Made by a program: the position numbers and the translations under genes
Notes under the pieces: generated by a model
Database searches by the model: none
Told to the model about the DNA's origin: nothing
Seen by the model: the letters and a program-made list of their open reading frames with translations, nothing else
Source: an uncultured delta proteobacterium
Lineage (GTDB): Bacteria > Desulfobacterota > Desulfuromonadia > Geobacterales > Pseudopelobacteraceae
NCBI GenBank assembly: GCA_963772835.1
Contig: CAVYYZ010000001.1
Span: forward strand, 64,001 to 128,000
Reading direction: 5' to 3'
DNA: 64,000 nt
Part shown: positions 11,279 to 22,035 of the stretch, one piece after another
Position numbering within the stretch: the stretch's first letter is position 1
Layout of the letters: the number at the start of each line of letters is the position of its first letter

Positions 11279-12205
11279 TTATTCTTGCTGCTTCCCGTAC
11301 TGTTTAATAAAAGACTGTATCTGCCGTGCCGTCTCACTTTTTGAATCCAGTTCAAGATACCGCCTCCACATTACGAGCGCTTTCGGAATGTTGTTCATGT
11401 CGAACGCTGACACATATCCGCTATTGTAGAGACTCTCGAGATTGTTTGGGTCAATTGAAAATGCTTTTTCAAAATTTGTCAGAGCTCGCTTAAAATCTCC
11501 GGTCTGACGATACATTGCCCCCTGATCATTGAGAACATCGGTGTCATCGGGTCGTAAAATAAGTACTCGTTCATACGCTTTGATTGCCAGTTCAGGTTGG
11601 TCGGTATCAAAATATATATTTCCCAGTTCTCTCCACGTTTCAACAGTGGCCTCTTTTGAGTCCGCTTTTTTTTGCAGGTTTTCGATCTGCTGCAGTTTGT
11701 CACTGCTCAGAGGTGTACCAGCTACTGTATCCGGATTCTTAGATTGTTCAGGTTCACCCGTCTCAATTGTTTCTTCAGCACTCTCATCCAGAATAGGGCA
11801 GATTATTTGAGATGCGTTCTCAAGTACTGATCCAGGGAGTATCGATTCAAGCTGCCCTCCCCCCTGCAGCCGCTTCAAACGCGCTCTTGATACTCCTAAT
11901 ATATCAATCAAGCCGAGTAAAGCGGTCTGCTCGCTACAGTCTATTTCATAGAATTCAAGATGAGAGCGATACTGTTTTTCCTTGTATTCTACCGCTGCTA
12001 ATCTACGCTCAGGCTCTCCAAGAGGTATAAAACGGAGCCACATTTCCAACCGTCCCAGAGGAGTTAACCGGATGGAGTGCACGTCATAGGAGACCATGAA
12101 TCTTGAAGTGCCGTTAAGGGGTTGCCACAGGACAGCATGTGCGTTCTGCTGGACTCCACACAGCAATATCACTGCTACACAAAATTGAAATATTAATCGC
12201 AGCAT
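11279..12205 (-). CDS. Exported protein with C-terminal TPR repeats
   Basis: Signal peptide ending AHA; N-domain with YEIDC; TPR helices WRELGNIYF...AIKAYERVL...P. Confidence 0.88.
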   Translation of the reverse strand: MLRLIFQFCVAVILLCGVQQNAHAVLWQPLNGTSRFMVSYDVHSIRLTPLGRLEMWLRFIPLGEPERRLAAVEYKEKQYRSHLEFYEIDCSEQTALLGLIDILGVSRARLKRLQGGGQLESILPGSVLENASQIICPILDESAEETIETGEPEQSKNPDTVAGTPLSSDKLQQIENLQKKADSKEATVETWRELGNIYFDTDQPELAIKAYERVLILRPDDTDVLNDQGAMYRQTGDFKRALTNFEKAFSIDPNNLESLYNSGYVSAFDMNNIPKALVMWRRYLELDSKSETARQIQSFIKQYGKQQE

Positions 12206-12503
12206 AACCTTCCCGTCCTGACAAATTGATGGTAGAGTCGTTATTCAATTGCCTTGAGTTTGTTCTGTTCGTATTTATGCGTATGATGTGTTCGTTGTCA
12301 AGCAGCTTCAATCACTGAAAACGAATAGTACTGATCGTTTATGTGAGCTATGGGAGTGAAGTATAATCATACAAAGATGCTTGAAGTAACATATACTCCC
12401 CTGTAGTAAGTTAGAAGTTGATTTTTGCGCCTGTATTGGTGGAAAATAGCTCCGTTAAGGCACTTATGCTGTGTATCAGTGCTAGAATACAAGAGGTACA
12501 ATA

Positions 12504-14369
12504 ATGTTGCTTGAATCAATCGACTCACCGTCTGATCTGAAAAAATTGAACACGGAACAACTTCCTGAGCTCGCTGCAGAAGTCCGGAAATTCCTTCTGG
12601 AAACGGTTTCTGCTACCGGTGGCCATCTCGGCTCAAATCTTGGAACGGTTGAACTGTCGATTGCCTTGCATTACTGTTTTGACTCACCCCGGGATAAAAT
12701 AATCTGGGATGTCGGGCATCAGGCGTACACTCACAAGATTCTTACCGGGCGTCGAGGGCGATTTCATACACAGCGACAGTACAAGGGCATTTCCGGTTTT
12801 CCGAAGCGTTGTGAGTCCGAGCATGATGCATTCGGGGTTGGTCACTCCTCAACCTCCATCTCGGCCGGTCTTGGTATGGCGGCGGCTTCCAGCCTTGATG
12901 GCAAAAGGAGTCACTCAATTGCGGTGATTGGTGATGGCTCATTGACCGGAGGTATGGCTTTCGAAGCGTTGAATCAAGCCGGCCACCTCAAAAAAAACCT
13001 GATCGTAATTCTTAACGACAACGAAATGTCAATTTCAAAGAATGTCGGTGCTTTTTCCGCCTTTATTTCCCGCAAGATGACGGGGCGTTACTACCGGGAT
13101 TTAAAAAAAGAGATGCAGGCATTACTGAAGCATATTCCCGCTTTTGGCACAGACATACTTCATTTTGCCCGTCGGGCGGAAAATTCGCTGAAGGGTTTTC
13201 TCACCCCCGGTTCCCTCTTTGAAGCTCTCGGTTTTGATTATATTGGACCTTTAGATGGGCACAATCTGCCACAGCTGGTCGATGTATTCAACAACATCAA
13301 TCAACTGGATGGCCCGTTGCTGGTGCATGTAATGACAACGAAAGGTAAGGGGTATAAGCCTGCCGAAGAGACTCCGGCCAAATATCATGGTGTGGGGATT
13401 TTTGATGTTGCAACAGGTAAAGGGGCCGCAAAACCAGCTGTCAGGTCATATACGGACATATTCGGCGAGACGTTGGTACAATTAGCGACTGAAGATCCAA
13501 AAATTATTGCTATAACTGCCGCCATGCCCGATGGAACAGGGCTCAATCCGTTTGCGCAGCGTTTTCCGGACCGTTTTTTTGATGTCGGCATAGCCGAACA
13601 GCATGCCATGGTTTTTTCAGCCGGTCTGGCTGCAGAAGGCTTCAGGCCCGTGGTTGCAATATATTCAACCTTCGTTCAGCGCGCATACGATCAGGTCTTT
13701 CATGATATCTGCCTCCAGCATCTACCTGTTACCATAGCTATGGACCGGGCCGGATTGGTGGGTGATGATGGTCCGACTCATCATGGTGTTTTCGATCTTT
13801 CCTATATGAGGCACCTTCCCGGATTAACGGTGATGGCGCCAAAAGATGAGAACGAATTACGTCATATGCTTAAGACAGCTATTTACAGCGGTTCGCCGAT
13901 TTCGCTCCGTTACCCGAGAGGGGCGGGCTATGGTGTCGAACTGGATAGTGAGTTGAAATGTCTGGAAATAGGAAAGGGTGAACAGCTGCTCGACGGCAGT
14001 GATGTGACCATTATCGCAATCGGAGCAACGGTCTACCCCTCAATTCAGGCGGCTGATGCACTCAGGCTGAAGGGAATTTCTGCCGGGGTCATAAACGCCC
14101 GTTTTGTGAAGCCGCTTGATACAGAACTTATTCTCGGTGCTGCCCGCCGGACCGACAGAATAATTACGGTGGAGGAAAATGCTTTGCAAGGCGGTTTTGG
14201 CAGTGCCGTACTGGAACTGCTGTATGACAATAACATGCAGAATGTTAAGGTGCGTCGTTTGGGTCTTCCCGATCATTACATAGAACAGGGGAGTCAGGCA
14301 CAGCTGCGCAAGGATGTCGGAATTGATGCGGAAGGAATTACCGCTGCTGCTTTAGAATTTATGAAATGA
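12504..14369 (+). CDS. dxs: 1-deoxy-D-xylulose-5-phosphate synthase
   Basis: [45 protein letters not shown]. Confidence 0.98.
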   Translation: MLLESIDSPSDLKKLNTEQLPELAAEVRKFLLETVSATGGHLGSNLGTVELSIALHYCFDSPRDKIIWDVGHQAYTHKILTGRRGRFHTQRQYKGISGFPKRCESEHDAFGVGHSSTSISAGLGMAAASSLDGKRSHSIAVIGDGSLTGGMAFEALNQAGHLKKNLIVILNDNEMSISKNVGAFSAFISRKMTGRYYRDLKKEMQALLKHIPAFGTDILHFARRAENSLKGFLTPGSLFEALGFDYIGPLDGHNLPQLVDVFNNINQLDGPLLVHVMTTKGKGYKPAEETPAKYHGVGIFDVATGKGAAKPAVRSYTDIFGETLVQLATEDPKIIAITAAMPDGTGLNPFAQRFPDRFFDVGIAEQHAMVFSAGLAAEGFRPVVAIYSTFVQRAYDQVFHDICLQHLPVTIAMDRAGLVGDDGPTHHGVFDLSYMRHLPGLTVMAPKDENELRHMLKTAIYSGSPISLRYPRGAGYGVELDSELKCLEIGKGEQLLDGSDVTIIAIGATVYPSIQAADALRLKGISAGVINARFVKPLDTELILGAARRTDRIITVEENALQGGFGSAVLELLYDNNMQNVKVRRLGLPDHYIEQGSQAQLRKDVGIDAEGITAAALEFMK

Positions 14370-14376
14370 GGATGCC

Positions 14377-15102
14377 ATGACTTTAGAGGAAGCACGAAGT
14401 AAAATCATATTTGCCCTGGATGTACATGGACTGGAAGATATTGACCGGTGGGCTGACACATTGGCTGGCAAAGTAGGCATGTTTAAAGTCGGCAAGGAAC
14501 TGTTTACTTCCTGCGGACCTGCTGCTGTCAAGGCTGTACAGCGTCATGGCGGACAGGTGTTTCTCGATCTGAAATACCACGACATTCCGAATACTGTTGC
14601 GAGTGCGATGCTTGCAGCGGCACGCCTTGGAGTTCAAATTACCAATCTGCACGCTCTGGGAGGTTCTGAAATGATGGAAACGGCAGTCACTGCAGTGCAC
14701 AGGGAGTTCAGCCATGGGGGACGCCCGAAACTTCTCGCTGTGACGATCCTGACCTCATCTACCGTCCAGACACTTCGACAGGTGGGAATCGAGCATTCAG
14801 TGCAGGATATGGTGGTGCGTTTGGCCAGACTTGCCAAGGAATCCGGAATGGATGGAGTCGTCGCTTCCCCGCTTGAGATCGGTCTTATCAGAGAAGCCTG
14901 CGGCACCGATTTTCTGATTGTCACCCCGGGGGTGCGCCCGGCTTTTGCTGCAGCTGATGACCAGAAGCGTATTATGACTCCGGCAGCGGCGGTCTCATCA
15001 GGAGCTGACTATCTGGTAATCGGCCGGCCGATAGCCAAAGCGATCAATCCCGTTGAAGCGGCGGAATGTATTGCTGTAGAAATTACGGAAGGTGCGGTAT
15101 GA
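14377..15102 (+). CDS. pyrF: Orotidine-5'-phosphate decarboxylase
   Basis: IFALD, FLDLKYHDIPNT, VTPGVRP, DDQKR, VIGRPI. Confidence 0.97.
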   Translation: MTLEEARSKIIFALDVHGLEDIDRWADTLAGKVGMFKVGKELFTSCGPAAVKAVQRHGGQVFLDLKYHDIPNTVASAMLAAARLGVQITNLHALGGSEMMETAVTAVHREFSHGGRPKLLAVTILTSSTVQTLRQVGIEHSVQDMVVRLARLAKESGMDGVVASPLEIGLIREACGTDFLIVTPGVRPAFAAADDQKRIMTPAAAVSSGADYLVIGRPIAKAINPVEAAECIAVEITEGAV

Positions 15103-15836
15103 AAGGAGAATTGATATTTGGTGTTAATCCGGTAAAAGAATCTCTGCAGGGAACCCGCGGCGCCTTCAACCTGTATGTACAGATCAGTGCCACCGATCAT
15201 CGAGTTGAAAAGATAATCAGGCTGGCCGAAGAACGTGGCGTTGCGGTCCATCGGCGGGATAAGGTTGATCTTACCAAGATGTGCACTTCATCCCATCATC
15301 AGGGGATTGCACTTGAGGTAGAGCCCTTTCAATATACCGATTTCGACAATCTGCTGGTATCTGTCACTCAGTCCGGCAGCCCCGGGTTTATTTTGGTTCT
15401 CGATGCCATTCAGGATCCTCACAATCTGGGCGCTCTGATTCGTTCGGCCGCCTGTGCCGGGGTTGACGGCGTCATTATACCCAAAGATCGAGCCTGCGGT
15501 ATTACCGCAGCCGCCGAGAAGACTTCGGCCGGTGCTGTTGAAACAGTTCCGGTGGCTTTGGTTACCAATATTGCTCAAACGCTCGAAACTTTGAAAAAGC
15601 TCGGTTACTGGGTGTATGGACTCGATGGTGCCGCCCGGCAGTCCGTCTATGGAACAGATTTCTCAGGAAACGTTGCTCTGGTGGTTGGCGGGGAAGGTGA
15701 GGGGATCAGGCCGCTCGTGCGCAAACAGTGTGATGTTGTGATGTCTATCCCGCAGTTTGGCGGTGTTAGTTCTCTTAACGCTTCAGTAGCCGGGGGGATT
15801 GCACTGTTTGAAATTGCGAGGAAGATTCGGGGTTAA
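15099..15836 (+). CDS. rlmB: 23S rRNA Gm2251 methyltransferase (TrmH/SPOUT)
   Basis: HQGI, DPHNLGALIRSA, GGEGEG, SLNASVA; ATGA overlap with pyrF. Confidence 0.93.
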   Translation: MKGELIFGVNPVKESLQGTRGAFNLYVQISATDHRVEKIIRLAEERGVAVHRRDKVDLTKMCTSSHHQGIALEVEPFQYTDFDNLLVSVTQSGSPGFILVLDAIQDPHNLGALIRSAACAGVDGVIIPKDRACGITAAAEKTSAGAVETVPVALVTNIAQTLETLKKLGYWVYGLDGAARQSVYGTDFSGNVALVVGGEGEGIRPLVRKQCDVVMSIPQFGGVSSLNASVAGGIALFEIARKIRG

Positions 15837-17008
15837 CCCCCGGCTCTCTTCTCATCAAACTGCCTGAAATATTCAAACCTGCACCGGTTCTCGACATCAA
15901 CCAGTCTCTGGAACGCCTCACGGAAATCGGTGACGCCGATGCTGAATACGCCATGTCCGTAGACAATGGCAGTACCTTTTCTGCCGATCACCGGCGGGAC
16001 ATTCTTTGCTATGCCGCCGGCACCGATTTCTCCCGCGACTATCGGTATATCTCCCAGAAAGCGAACCTTTACGCACTCCTTCCAGCAGTCCGTGACGTTG
16101 CACGCACCCTTCTCGGTACATACCATGCTCATGACCACCGCAAAGCGCGGATGGCCGTGAAGAATGGCGCGACAACCGGTCATCTCAAAAATAGATCGAT
16201 GTGCAACCAGTTCGCTTGAAGCGGTTATGCCGACCGTTGAACTGTTTTCAAAAGGGACCGGATCAATACACCCGGTCAGCTCATCCAGGCTGGATGCTGT
16301 TTGAGAGATATAGATCAGGTTGCCGTTTACATACGAAATGTTTCCGAAAAAAGAATCTACCAAACCCCGCTGGACGGTGTACCGGCCGACTCGAGCGATC
16401 TCTTCCAGGATGACATTTTTTTCTGTAAACGGCCCCTCCCGGAACTCAAGCCCACTATAAGAAAGCGGAGCGAGCGATTCAAGGCGAAAATGTTCAAAGG
16501 CAACCTCTTCGTCAGGCAGCATGAAACCGTGTTCGAGAAGGTCTTCAAGATATTTGATATAGGTTGAATGAAACACTGATGACCAGTTAATGTAAGACTG
16601 TTCAACGGTCAAAGTCCCGGCAGCAATGATACCAATCCCTTCAACTATGATTCCTTTGCGATTCCCTAGCAGGGAGGTAATTATTCCGCTGGGATCAATA
16701 TCTATCTCACCTCTCCGCACAATCGGAATGTCATGCAGAAATGTGCGGGTTTCGGTGTCACGCGGCACAATTTCATGGACATGGGCGGCGGACCTCCGGA
16801 TGAGAAAATCAGCGAAGGGGAGTGAAGGTGCGGCAGTGGTGAGAGCAAGGCAATTCAGGCGGGAGAGGACCGATTCAGACAGTGATGCCAGATTCGGTTC
16901 GCCTTCTGATATCATTATGTCATCCTGGGCGGCAAAGGCGATACTCCCTGCCTGCGCCGAACCATCTGAAATCAGTTTTGCAGTGTATTTGACAATCTGG
17001 TCGTGCAT
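15833..17008 (-). CDS. Class II aldolase/adducin-family protein with Cys-rich insert
   Basis: GNIS, ASSELVAH, AILHGHP and YGHGVF motifs in the C-terminal half. Confidence 0.8.
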   Translation of the reverse strand: MHDQIVKYTAKLISDGSAQAGSIAFAAQDDIMISEGEPNLASLSESVLSRLNCLALTTAAPSLPFADFLIRRSAAHVHEIVPRDTETRTFLHDIPIVRRGEIDIDPSGIITSLLGNRKGIIVEGIGIIAAGTLTVEQSYINWSSVFHSTYIKYLEDLLEHGFMLPDEEVAFEHFRLESLAPLSYSGLEFREGPFTEKNVILEEIARVGRYTVQRGLVDSFFGNISYVNGNLIYISQTASSLDELTGCIDPVPFENSSTVGITASSELVAHRSIFEMTGCRAILHGHPRFAVVMSMVCTEKGACNVTDCWKECVKVRFLGDIPIVAGEIGAGGIAKNVPPVIGRKGTAIVYGHGVFSIGVTDFREAFQRLVDVENRCRFEYFRQFDEKRAGG

Positions 17009-17880
17009 CAGGGGGTAGATGTAGGGATATTGGTAAAAAGGATCGAACCGTCTGTAAGCGTTTCACTCCGGAAGCGGGGTGCCCGCTGACTGCTGGCGAT
17101 GAGTGTCGAACTCGGGAGTGATATGCCGCTTTCGGGAGCAAAGGCCATCGTAACATTTGAACCAGCCTGCCATGCTTCAAAGTGGAGATGGGGTCCCGTC
17201 GATCTTCCGGTGGAGCCTGAAAGCGCAAGTGTGCTTTCCGAAGTAACGTGTTGTCCCTGCACCACCAGAATCTGGCTGTTGTGGGCATACAGGGTAATGA
17301 TTCCGTTATCATGTTCAACGATAACGGTGTTGCCATATCCGGAACGGCTTCCACTGTAGACGACTACGCCCGGAGCAACCGGCCTGACAGGGGTTCCGGT
17401 GGGTATCGCAATGTCAATGCCGTTGTGATGGCGCCAGGTTCCGTCGATCGGATCGATTCTCATTCCAACGTGCGAGGTTATCGAACCGCCGACCTGTGGC
17501 AGGTGAGGCTCGAAGCTGTTTAGAGCTGTGTCGTGCGGACTGAGAGAGGCAATAACCGCTTTTTGGGCAATTTCATCGAGCGAAATGTCATGAATTTTCT
17601 GTTTCTTTAATGATTTTTTATGCTTGGATGCAGGTGCTGCCCGATCTTTAAATATGACAGTGGCGTTTTTATTGCTTGGGGTGTCGGTAAACGTTTCGAC
17701 ACCGTCAATAGTGACAAAGCGATAGATGTCGGCTCCAGCAATAGAACTGGCCATACAGAAAACCAGAGTCAGAGGCAGTAGGCGCAAACAAAGTAACCTG
17801 CCTCGAAACGTGAGAGGTCCTTTGTCTGAGGCTGTCAATTGTGCTTGTTGTTCGGCGCATTTTCTGATAATTAAATTCAT
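17008..17880 (-). CDS. M23 family peptidoglycan DD-metalloendopeptidase, likely exported
   Basis: HNGIDI (HxxxD), YGN, TLYAH, STGRSTGPHLHFE (HxH); hydrophobic leader; start uncertain (17880 or 17889). Confidence 0.9.
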   Translation of the reverse strand: MNLIIRKCAEQQAQLTASDKGPLTFRGRLLCLRLLPLTLVFCMASSIAGADIYRFVTIDGVETFTDTPSNKNATVIFKDRAAPASKHKKSLKKQKIHDISLDEIAQKAVIASLSPHDTALNSFEPHLPQVGGSITSHVGMRIDPIDGTWRHHNGIDIAIPTGTPVRPVAPGVVVYSGSRSGYGNTVIVEHDNGIITLYAHNSQILVVQGQHVTSESTLALSGSTGRSTGPHLHFEAWQAGSNVTMAFAPESGISLPSSTLIASSQRAPRFRSETLTDGSILFTNIPTSTP

Positions 17881-18167
17881 TCTTTCCATGATATACCATT
17901 TTAAATAATTGTTCAAATTATCATCTTCGGAGCAGCCAGGGTTTTTCTGGCGCTTCGCGTACAACCTCCCGCAGTACGCCGCGGGTCGATTCAATTCTGA
18001 GCGTATGATATAAACATCCGGGTATCCTCAGTGTCTGCCTGTATAATAAGCAGATATGTTTCAGAGTGATAGATTGTTGGGCACCCTGGTGTGTTGGACG
18101 TGCGACAGTAAATTGGATATGCATCCTAACTGTTCAATTATTCGGCCATTATAATTGGATAACTAAT

Positions 18168-18182
18168 TGGCAAGGAGCTTGC
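18168..18182 (+). promoter_or_regulatory. Sigma54 -24/-12 promoter of glnB-glnA
   Basis: TGGCAAGGAGCTTGC with correct GG-N10-GC spacing, about 90 nt before glnB. Confidence 0.85.
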
Positions 18183-18214
18183 TTTTGAAGCAAAGGAAAG
18201 TTCAATGGTGTTAG

Positions 18215-18610
<396 letters not shown>

Positions 18611-18637
18611 CAAAATAAAATTTGAAAGGAGCAACAG

Positions 18638-20050
18638 ATGACCCCGAAACAAGTAGTTGAATTTGCAGAAAAAAATGGCGCGAAGATGGTCGATTATAAA
18701 TTCATGGATTTTATTGGGACATGGCAGCATGTCTCCGTACCAATGTCCGAGTTTAGCGAGGATACCTTCGAAGAGGGCCAAGGCTTTGACGGCTCTTCAA
18801 TTCGTGGCTGGCAGCCCATCCATGCTTCGGACATGATCCTCCTTCCCGATCCTACAACCGCCAAAATGGATCCTTTTATCAAGGTCCCGACCATGTCAAT
18901 TATTTGCGATATTTTCGATCCAATCACCAAGGAAGATTATACCCGTGATCCGCGCAATATAGCTAAAAAAGCAGAAATGTATCTGAAATCGACCGGCATT
19001 GGTGACACCGCTTTCTTTGGCCCCGAAGCTGAATTTTTCATCTTTGATGATGTCCGCTATTCTTCGACAGCCAATCAGTCTTTCTTTGCCGTCGACTCTT
19101 CTGAAGGAGCCTGGAATACCGGCCGTGAGGAGTTTCCGAACCTTGGCTATAAACCGCGACACAAAGAAGGCTATTTCCCTTGTTCACCGGTTGATTCCCA
19201 GAATGATTTGCGTAACGAAATGGTCGCTGAACTTCAAAATGTTGGTATTCGTGTAGAGTGTCAGCATCACGAAGTTGCCACCGGTGGTCAGGCTGAAATT
19301 GATATGCGCTTCTCGTCACTGGTTGATATGGCTGACCAGTTGCAATGGTTCAAATATGTCATCAAAAATGTAGCGTATCGTAACGGCAAAACTGTTACCT
19401 TTATGCCTAAGCCGCTGTACGGAGACAACGGGTCGGGGATGCATTGCCACCAGTCGATCTGGAGAGATGGACAAAACCTGTTTGCCGGGGATAAATACGG
19501 CGGGCTTTCCCAAATGGCGCTCTGGTATATCGGCGGGATCATCAAGCATGCCAAGGCACTCTGTGCCATCACCAATCCAACCACCAACTCGTACAAGCGA
19601 CTGGTGCCCGGTTTCGAGGCGCCGGTAAATATGGCTTACTCCAGTCGTAACCGCTCAGCTTCACTCCGTATACCGATGATGTCCACGAATCCTAAGTCCA
19701 AGCGAGTGGAATATCGTACACCTGATCCTTCGTGCAACGGGTACCTTGCGTTTGCCGCCATGCTGATGGCCGGCCTGGATGGCATCGAAAATAAAATTGA
19801 TCCGGGACAGCCTCTGGACAAGGATATCTACGGACTTTCTCCGGAAGAACTTAAGGATATTCCATCAGCTCCGGGTACACTTGAGGAAGCTTTGCAATGC
19901 CTTAAGGATGACCATGAGTTTCTTCTCAAGGGAGACGTGTTTACTCCCGACGTAATCGAGAAGTGGATCGAGTACAAAACTGAGGCTGAAGTAAATCCGG
20001 TTCGCATGCGTCCGGTACCTCTTGAGTTTGAATTGTATTACGACATTTAA
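18638..20050 (+). CDS. glnA: Type I glutamine synthetase
   Basis: [42 protein letters not shown] adenylylation-site region. Confidence 0.98.
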   Translation: MTPKQVVEFAEKNGAKMVDYKFMDFIGTWQHVSVPMSEFSEDTFEEGQGFDGSSIRGWQPIHASDMILLPDPTTAKMDPFIKVPTMSIICDIFDPITKEDYTRDPRNIAKKAEMYLKSTGIGDTAFFGPEAEFFIFDDVRYSSTANQSFFAVDSSEGAWNTGREEFPNLGYKPRHKEGYFPCSPVDSQNDLRNEMVAELQNVGIRVECQHHEVATGGQAEIDMRFSSLVDMADQLQWFKYVIKNVAYRNGKTVTFMPKPLYGDNGSGMHCHQSIWRDGQNLFAGDKYGGLSQMALWYIGGIIKHAKALCAITNPTTNSYKRLVPGFEAPVNMAYSSRNRSASLRIPMMSTNPKSKRVEYRTPDPSCNGYLAFAAMLMAGLDGIENKIDPGQPLDKDIYGLSPEELKDIPSAPGTLEEALQCLKDDHEFLLKGDVFTPDVIEKWIEYKTEAEVNPVRMRPVPLEFELYYDI

Positions 20051-20076
20051 TTAAAACTGAAGTTGCATTCATTCAT

Positions 20077-20103
20077 GAAAGGCGGGAGCGATCCCGCCTT
20101 TTC
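20077..20103 (+). terminator. Intrinsic terminator after glnA
   Basis: AAAGGCGGGA-GCGA-TCCCGCCTTTT. Confidence 0.85.
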
Positions 20104-20189
20104 TGCGTTGTAGAAGTTGCCTTGCAATTGACTTTACATGTCTTCTCTGTTAGAAGAGGTGCAGATTTATCCAGTTTAAAGGACTCTAC

Positions 20190-20870
20190 ATGGAAAGTTT
20201 CTTCCTTAAGCTTTCAGTAATGCTTGTACCGGGTATGCTGGCAATAGTGTGTCACGAAGTTTCCCATGGATACGTAGCCTGGCGATTTGGCGACCCGACG
20301 GCACGAATGATGGGAAGACTGACGCTCAATCCCCTGAAACATATCGATATTGTTGGTACTCTCATGATATTCTTTATCGGCATAGGGTGGGCTAAACCGG
20401 TGCCGGTGGTGTTTGGAAATCTTCGCAATCCCAAACGCGACATGATCTGGGTGGCCGCAGCCGGACCCATTACAAACATCCTGTTGGCAACGGTTTCTGC
20501 GTTCCTGCTCCGGGGGCTGGCGGCATTTGGCACTCCGGCCGCGCCTGGTTTGCCGCTGGCCCTGCTGGTGGAGCCGGTGATACTTATGCTGGCTTTTTCA
20601 GTCTATATAAATCTCCTTCTGGCGATATTCAACATGATACCGGTGCCACCTCTGGATGGCGGGCGCGTATTAGTGGGGTTGCTACCGTACAAACAGGCTG
20701 CTGCCTGGTCCCGCATTGAACCGTATGGGATGATAATTATCATTGTGCTGGTTTTTTTTACTAATATGTTTTCGTACATTATTTCTCCGGTTCTAAAAAT
20801 TGGCGTTGAATTGCTGGCCGGGCCGCAAAGCGGACTCGTTCTTGGAGTTACAAGCCTGATGATGCATTAA
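20190..20870 (+). CDS. Site-2 protease (M50) membrane metalloprotease
   Basis: HEVSH (HExxH), GWAKPVP, AGP, FNMIPVPPLDGG. Confidence 0.94.
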   Translation: MESFFLKLSVMLVPGMLAIVCHEVSHGYVAWRFGDPTARMMGRLTLNPLKHIDIVGTLMIFFIGIGWAKPVPVVFGNLRNPKRDMIWVAAAGPITNILLATVSAFLLRGLAAFGTPAAPGLPLALLVEPVILMLAFSVYINLLLAIFNMIPVPPLDGGRVLVGLLPYKQAAAWSRIEPYGMIIIIVLVFFTNMFSYIISPVLKIGVELLAGPQSGLVLGVTSLMMH

Positions 20871-20896
20871 TTCCCGTTTTTCGTAAGTAGGTACAG

Positions 20897-22000
20897 ATGA
20901 ACGATCCCAGAATTCGTCAGTTTGCAGAGATACTGGTTGATTACTCGACCAGAGTGAAAAAAGGTGATGTCGTACTAATAAATGCTGCCGGTCTGGAGGC
21001 GATGCCTTTAGTAAAGGAGATATATGCGCTCTGTCTCACGCGTGGTGCGAAATACGTTGAATATGCTTTTTCAGTTCCGGAAATAGATCGCAGCTTTTAT
21101 ATTCTCGCTGATAAACAGCAGCTTGATCATTTCCCGCAGCATAAACTGGATTTCTACAAAACCGTGACGGTCTATATCGGAATCTCTGCTGGCAATAATT
21201 CTATGGTCTTGGCTAATGCCCGCCAGGAGTCGGTTGTCGCATATTCAAAGATTACCAGGCCTCTTGTAGACCAACGGGTCAAGCACACCCGCTGGTGTGT
21301 TACCCGCTACCCGACTCATGCGGCAGCCCAGGATGCTCGAATGAGTCTGGATGAATACGAAGACTACCTGTTTTCAGCCTGTTGTATCGACTGGAAAGCG
21401 GAGTCAAAGAAACAGGAAAAACTTAAAAAACTGATTGATCGGACGAAGAAGGTACACATCCTAGCACCTGATACGGACCTCCGTTTCAGTATTGACGGTC
21501 TTCCCGGCATAAAATGCGATGGGCGCCTCAACATGCCGGACGGTGAGGTGTTTACAGCACCGGTTAAAAACTCTGTCCAGGGGCATATCACGTACAACTG
21601 TCCGAGTATTTACCAGGGAAAAGAATATAACGGTGTACGGTTCGAGTTTGTCGACGGTAAAATTGTCAAGGCGTCTGCTGAAGGGGGAATGAGCAACGAC
21701 CTTAACAAAATTCTCGATGCAGATGACGGTGCCCGTTATATTGGAGAATTTGCTATCGGTGTCAACCCGGGCATACGCCAGCCGATGCGCAATATACTTT
21801 TTGATGAAAAGATTTTCGGCTCAATTCACCTTACCCCTGGGCAGGCGTATGATGAGTGTGATAATGGCAACCGCTCCTCCGTACATTGGGATCTGGTACG
21901 GATTCTAGCCGATGGTGAAATACTGTTCGATGACATATCGATCCAGAAAAACGGGCGGTTTGTCCACAAAGATTTGCTGGAACTTAATCCCATTTTATAA
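20897..22000 (+). CDS. M29 family aminopeptidase
   Basis: NMPDGEVFTAP, IGEFAIG, ILFDEK, SSVHWD motifs. Confidence 0.92.
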   Translation: MNDPRIRQFAEILVDYSTRVKKGDVVLINAAGLEAMPLVKEIYALCLTRGAKYVEYAFSVPEIDRSFYILADKQQLDHFPQHKLDFYKTVTVYIGISAGNNSMVLANARQESVVAYSKITRPLVDQRVKHTRWCVTRYPTHAAAQDARMSLDEYEDYLFSACCIDWKAESKKQEKLKKLIDRTKKVHILAPDTDLRFSIDGLPGIKCDGRLNMPDGEVFTAPVKNSVQGHITYNCPSIYQGKEYNGVRFEFVDGKIVKASAEGGMSNDLNKILDADDGARYIGEFAIGVNPGIRQPMRNILFDEKIFGSIHLTPGQAYDECDNGNRSSVHWDLVRILADGEILFDDISIQKNGRFVHKDLLELNPIL

Positions 22001-22035
22001 AGAGTACTGAAATTATGCCGCAGAGTACTGAAATT
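22001..22035 (+). repeat. 14-bp perfect direct repeat flanking a start codon
   Basis: AGAGTACTGAAATT at 22001-22014 and 22022-22035. Confidence 0.9.

Noticed and set aside
17925..17975. Assignment as glmS ribozyme (AGCGCCAGAA) or GEMM-I riboswitch (ACGCGAAGC...CCGAA)
   Set aside because: Lacks the downstream GACGAGG core of glmS and the AAACC/GNRA features of GEMM-I; left unassigned
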